This document shows positions 60,000-64,000 of a stretch of DNA of 64,000 bases, piece after piece. The notes under the pieces were generated by a model, which had not been told where the DNA came from, did no database searches, and saw nothing but the letters and a program-made list of their open reading frames with translations. The number at the start of each line of letters is the position of its first letter. Positions within the stretch are counted from its first letter, which is position 1. Origin of the DNA: an uncultured Methanosarcinaceae archaeon. GTDB lineage: Archaea; Halobacteriota; Methanosarcinia; Methanosarcinales; Methanosarcinaceae. The DNA lies in assembly GCA_963833425.1 (NCBI GenBank), contig CAWHXP010000003.1, positions 224,001-288,000 on the forward strand. The letters run 5' to 3'. Both the position numbers and the translations under genes were made by a program.

Positions 60000-61661
60000 T
60001 CAGTCCACTATCCCTCCTGTATTTGCGGAATGGACAGAACGCTGGTATTTGGCAAGGTAACCTGTAACTTCCTTTTTTGGTGGCACAAGGACAGCTTTCC
60101 GATTCCTAAGCTCTTCTTTGGAAACCTTTAAGTTCAGGGTCCGTTCAGGAATGTTGATCTCTATCAGATCTCCATTTTTTACTAGGGCAATTGGTCCTTC
60201 TTCGCTAGCTTCCGGGGAAACATGTCCGATACACGGACCACGGGTACCCCCTGAGAAGCGTCCATCAGTTATAAGCGCCACAGACTCCAGCAGGGCCATA
60301 CCTCCAATTGCAGATGTGGCTGCAAGCATTTCCCGCATTCCAGGACCACCTTTCGGGCCTTCGTAACGGATGACTAAAACGTCTCCGGGCTTCACGTCGC
60401 CTGCGAGGATACTTCTCATAGCTTCTTCCTCACAGTCATAAACTCTGGCAGGTCCTGTGTGAACATGCATTTTTGGGTCAACCGCTGCCTGCTTAACAAC
60501 CGAGCCATCAGGGGCAAGATTGCCTTTTAGGATTGCAATTCCTCCATGAGGATGAATCGGTTTATCTAGCGTTTTAATTATCTCTTTATTAAGCATAGGG
60601 TTAACAATCATGAGTTCATTAAGATTTCCCCCTATGCTTTTGCCATTGACCGTAAGCTGGTCTATATGAAGTTTAGAGAAAATTCTCTGCATAACTGCTT
60701 GAACCCCGCCTGCTCTATCAAAGTGCAACATGAAATTAGGGCCCCCAGGACGAAGTGATATCAGATTGGGGATTGTTTGACTCAGTTCGTCAAACGTCTC
60801 TAAAGGTAACTTTAGCCCAAATTCATGGGCAATGGCAGGCAGGTGCAGAGTAGTATTCGTACTCCCTCCGATTGCCATATCTACCATTATGGCATTTTCG
60901 AAGGATTTAAAATTAACAATTTTTCTGGGAGTCAGATTCTCTCGAACCATTTCCACAATACGTTCCCCAGATTCCTTTGCAATTCTTGTCTTTTTTGCGT
61001 CTACTGCATGAGCAGTTGCACAGCCTGAAAGGCTCATACCGAGAGCTTCAGTCATGCAAGCCATGGTATTAGCGGTAAACATACCTGCACAGGATCCCGC
61101 CCCTGTGCAGGAAAGGTTTTCGAGCCACATAAGTTCTGTATCGGATAGTTTGCCAATTCTATTAGCTCCAACTCCTTCGAATACTGAGATCAGATCCGTG
61201 TATTTGTCATCTACATAACCAGGGAGCATCGGTCCTCCGGTTACAACAATTGAAGGGATATCAAGTCTCCCAGCTGCCATAAGGTGCCCTGGCACAATCT
61301 TATCGCAGGTAGGAATAAGCACCATACCGTCAAATTGATGGGCTTTTACCATCAGTTCGATTGTATATTCAATAACTTCTCTGCTAGGGAGGGAATATTT
61401 CATACCCTCGTGTCCCATCGCTATTCCGTCACAAATACCTATGGTATGAAATTCAAAAGGAACTCCTCCAGAGTTCCTGATCCCAGCTTTCACAGCCTCA
61501 GCAAGTCTATTTAGGTGAATGTGGCCAGGGACGATCTCATTCCATGAATTGACAACTGCGATGAACGGCTTCTTCATCTCGGCATCTGTGACACCAGTAG
61601 CTTTCAGAAGTGAGCGGTTGGGAGCGCGCTCCGCCCCCTCTTTGATGATGGAGCTTTTCAT
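60000..61661 (-). CDS. ilvD: Dihydroxy-acid dehydratase
   Basis: [46 protein letters not shown]. Confidence 0.97.
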   Translation of the reverse strand: MKSSIIKEGAERAPNRSLLKATGVTDAEMKKPFIAVVNSWNEIVPGHIHLNRLAEAVKAGIRNSGGVPFEFHTIGICDGIAMGHEGMKYSLPSREVIEYTIELMVKAHQFDGMVLIPTCDKIVPGHLMAAGRLDIPSIVVTGGPMLPGYVDDKYTDLISVFEGVGANRIGKLSDTELMWLENLSCTGAGSCAGMFTANTMACMTEALGMSLSGCATAHAVDAKKTRIAKESGERIVEMVRENLTPRKIVNFKSFENAIMVDMAIGGSTNTTLHLPAIAHEFGLKLPLETFDELSQTIPNLISLRPGGPNFMLHFDRAGGVQAVMQRIFSKLHIDQLTVNGKSIGGNLNELMIVNPMLNKEIIKTLDKPIHPHGGIAILKGNLAPDGSVVKQAAVDPKMHVHTGPARVYDCEEEAMRSILAGDVKPGDVLVIRYEGPKGGPGMREMLAATSAIGGMALLESVALITDGRFSGGTRGPCIGHVSPEASEEGPIALVKNGDLIEINIPERTLNLKVSKEELRNRKAVLVPPKKEVTGYLAKYQRSVHSANTGGIVD

Positions 61662-61974
61662 TGTAAATCTCCTTTAGAACTTTATAGTTAGAATTTTGAG
61701 TTATAATTGTAGTATAGATGTGAGAAGACTTCATAGTATAAACAGGTTGGGGAGAACAGCCCATGAAGATTGTAGGAAAATGTACTAAAACATTCTATCG
61801 AAGTCTTAAAATTGGACAAAGAATCCTTGATAAACATGGAATCTGTTCCATTTTGATTCTTTATTCGGCTTTGAAAAAAAAATAAAGAAATTGCATCTAA
61901 ATTTATTGAACTAGCTTATTATTTAGAAAAATGAGCCAGATTATTATATTATGAAGCTTATATCCAAAGTGAGA

Positions 61975-62559
61975 CTTGCCTCCTTCTTTGTCAATGTTCC
62001 ATCTCTGCTTCTTCTTGTTTTGCCTCATCTCTCTGCTTTTGCATGTCCTGGATCTGAATGAATAAAAGTAGAATCCTGAATAATTCCCTGCTTTATCTGT
62101 AAACCCAGAGCATCAAGTTGGCTTTGCAACTTTCCTCATATTTTCTTTGAAATTCTCGATAATTCTCTCCCTAAATAGACATACAGTAGTACTGTCAGGT
62201 ATGTATTCAGGAAAACCAAGGAATTTTCTAAAAGAAATTCGATCTATACACTGTTTCTCAAGTTCAAAATCAGAGAGCACATGCCATTGTTGTAAAACGA
62301 GCATTTTGAACATCACAATGATATCAGTTTCAGGTCTCCCTACTGAAAAGGATTTGTTAATATACATAGACTCAAGAATAATACGAAACGTTTTCCAATC
62401 AATTAAGGAATAAATTTCAGCAAGCTTATCTCCAACAGATTCAAGAAGTTTATACTCTTCTTTAAGAGTAAAATCAGTAAGAGTTTTCATGAATATACAT
62501 AAATATTTACAAATTTAAAGTCAACCATGCTCATGAGCATGGAGTTTATCGAAATTCTC
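61975..62559 (-). mobile_element. IS5-family element, 3'-truncated pseudogene
   Basis: Left TIR ending at 62559; MKTLTDFTLKEEYK...; same frameshift at ENFKENM as the copy at 1424. Confidence 0.9.
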
Positions 62560-62674
62560 TTCAATTAATCCTCTCGAGCAAAGCTAGAAGGACAGCATAC
62601 TACAGAGCTGAAACTCTGCTAATAAAATTATGTGAACCAAGGAATTATATACTTAAAAATAAAAGAGAAGGAAA

Positions 62675-63151
62675 ATGACCTATTATATAGTAGATTCAGC
62701 AGTCTTTATAATGAGGAACTCTAATTTAGACAGTTCAATGATGATTACCGTCCCTTCTGTTGTGAATGAGTTAAAAAGCACGGACTCAATACTTTTTTTT
62801 TATATTGCAAAAGAAGGGGGCTTACGTGTTGAATGGCCAGAACCTGAGATGGTAAAAGAGATTAAGATAAAGGCTGAGCATACCAGAGATTCAGATGAAC
62901 TCTCAAAAACAGATCTGGAAATCCTTGCAAAAGCTCTTGAATATAGAGACAGAGGAGTACTGCTAACAGATGATTATGCAATCCAGAACGTTGCTTTGCA
63001 GCTTGGGATTCAGGTTAAACCCGTTGCCCAGAAAAAAATTAAAGACATTATTATTTGGCAAAAGAAGTGTACTGGCTGCAAAAAAACTTTTGATCAGGGG
63101 GATGTCTGTACTATTTGCGGTTCTTCTCTAAAAAAAAAAGGAAACGGATAA
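62675..63151 (+). CDS. nob1: Nob1-family PIN/zinc-ribbon endonuclease
   Basis: IVDSAVFI, LS.TD, LTDDYAIQN, C..C...C..CG. Confidence 0.9.
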   Translation: MTYYIVDSAVFIMRNSNLDSSMMITVPSVVNELKSTDSILFFYIAKEGGLRVEWPEPEMVKEIKIKAEHTRDSDELSKTDLEILAKALEYRDRGVLLTDDYAIQNVALQLGIQVKPVAQKKIKDIIIWQKKCTGCKKTFDQGDVCTICGSSLKKKGNG

Positions 63152-63353
63152 TAAGAAAAAAAAGTGAATTTTAAGCTTGAAGAAAAAGATATAAAGCTTA
63201 ATGATATCATACTGTCTTAATTGAGAGAATGTATACTTGAACCTAATTTTTTGAGCAGTATTCCAAGTAAGAATTGTGCGTAGAATTATCTGCATAACTG
63301 CAAAATTGGGTTGGAAATACAGCCAGATAGAAATTTAAGGTGGTAATGGAGGC

Positions 63354-63968
63354 ATGAAAAATATAGAGGATTTAATTCAGAAAGCTTTGGAATTGCAGAG
63401 CAATGGTCTTGTAACTGGCCAGATTGCCGATGAACTCAACGTTTCTAGAGAAACCGTTACCTGGCTTTTAACCCGTTCAAAAAAAGAGGCATCTGCTCCA
63501 GCTCCGAAAGATATTTCTGTAAACTGGAGCAGTATTGGGAAAAGTGCTGCAAGGCTCCACTACATCTCGCTCGCACTCTGCGATATGGTACTTGAGACCC
63601 TGGGAAAAACAAGCACTAAAGTGGATGCGGTCGTTGGTGTCGCTGCCAGTGGCATCCCTCTAGCAAGTATGATAGCAAATGAACTGGGAGCCGACTTAGT
63701 AATCTACCATTCACGCAAAGGACAAGACATCGTACAGCCAGGCCATAAAGGGACTATAAGTCGAAACTTCGGTACTGTTGAAGGTAAAAGCTGTGTGATC
63801 GTGGACGATGTTATCACCACAGGTTCAACTACCATGGAAGTAATTGAGCAGCTGAGAGAAATGGATGCAAAACCAAGAGTTGTAGTGGTTCTGGTTGATA
63901 AGAAAGGTGCAGATACAATCGCTAATGTTCCGATTCAATCTCTTGTAAGAATTGTGCGTTTAGACTGA
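63354..63968 (+). CDS. PyrE-like protein (HTH + PRTase; GfcR-type)
   Basis: [34 protein letters not shown] loop. Confidence 0.9.
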   Translation: MKNIEDLIQKALELQSNGLVTGQIADELNVSRETVTWLLTRSKKEASAPAPKDISVNWSSIGKSAARLHYISLALCDMVLETLGKTSTKVDAVVGVAASGIPLASMIANELGADLVIYHSRKGQDIVQPGHKGTISRNFGTVEGKSCVIVDDVITTGSTTMEVIEQLREMDAKPRVVVVLVDKKGADTIANVPIQSLVRIVRLD

Positions 63969-64000
63969 AAGAACAAATTAAATACAAAAAATAAAAATGA

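Overview
Archaeal chromosome segment, very probably Methanosarcina, judged from protein sequences, the grpE-dnaK-dnaJ locus, DUF1699, cofE and the IS types. Housekeeping genes are intact: pepD, rnz, grpE/dnaK/dnaJ, mfnD-like ATP-grasp, RPA pair, cooC, thioredoxin/ccdA, trxA, purF, rpl37e, lsm, thiD(N), trpB2, ADP-dependent PFK/GK, ogg, uppS, cofE, ilvD, nob1 and a pyrE-like gene. They sit in unusually long AT-rich spacers full of pseudogenes (cooS, arsA, GH15 glucoamylase, wrbA, TPR, DUF7507 surface protein) and mostly dead IS5/IS6 elements. The intact CDSs I can call sum to only about 28 kb of 64 kb, so the lineage appears to be undergoing genome erosion. Most notable structures: (1) an IS5-mediated inversion of about 7 kb, reconstructable from a split CACA target duplication and a 357-bp near-identical inverted tract; (2) a triplicated ~185-bp promoter+5'-gene cassette in front of a processive GT2 polysaccharide synthase; (3) a cooC gene whose only plausible start is ATA, in the same window as a dead cooS; (4) a ThiN domain whose two presumed catalytic residues are substituted; (5) an unlisted 37-aa C2H2 zinc-finger ORF; (6) small dispersed hairpin and MITE repeats. 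I saw no CRISPR array, rRNA or tRNA, and no clearly intact novel multi-gene system.
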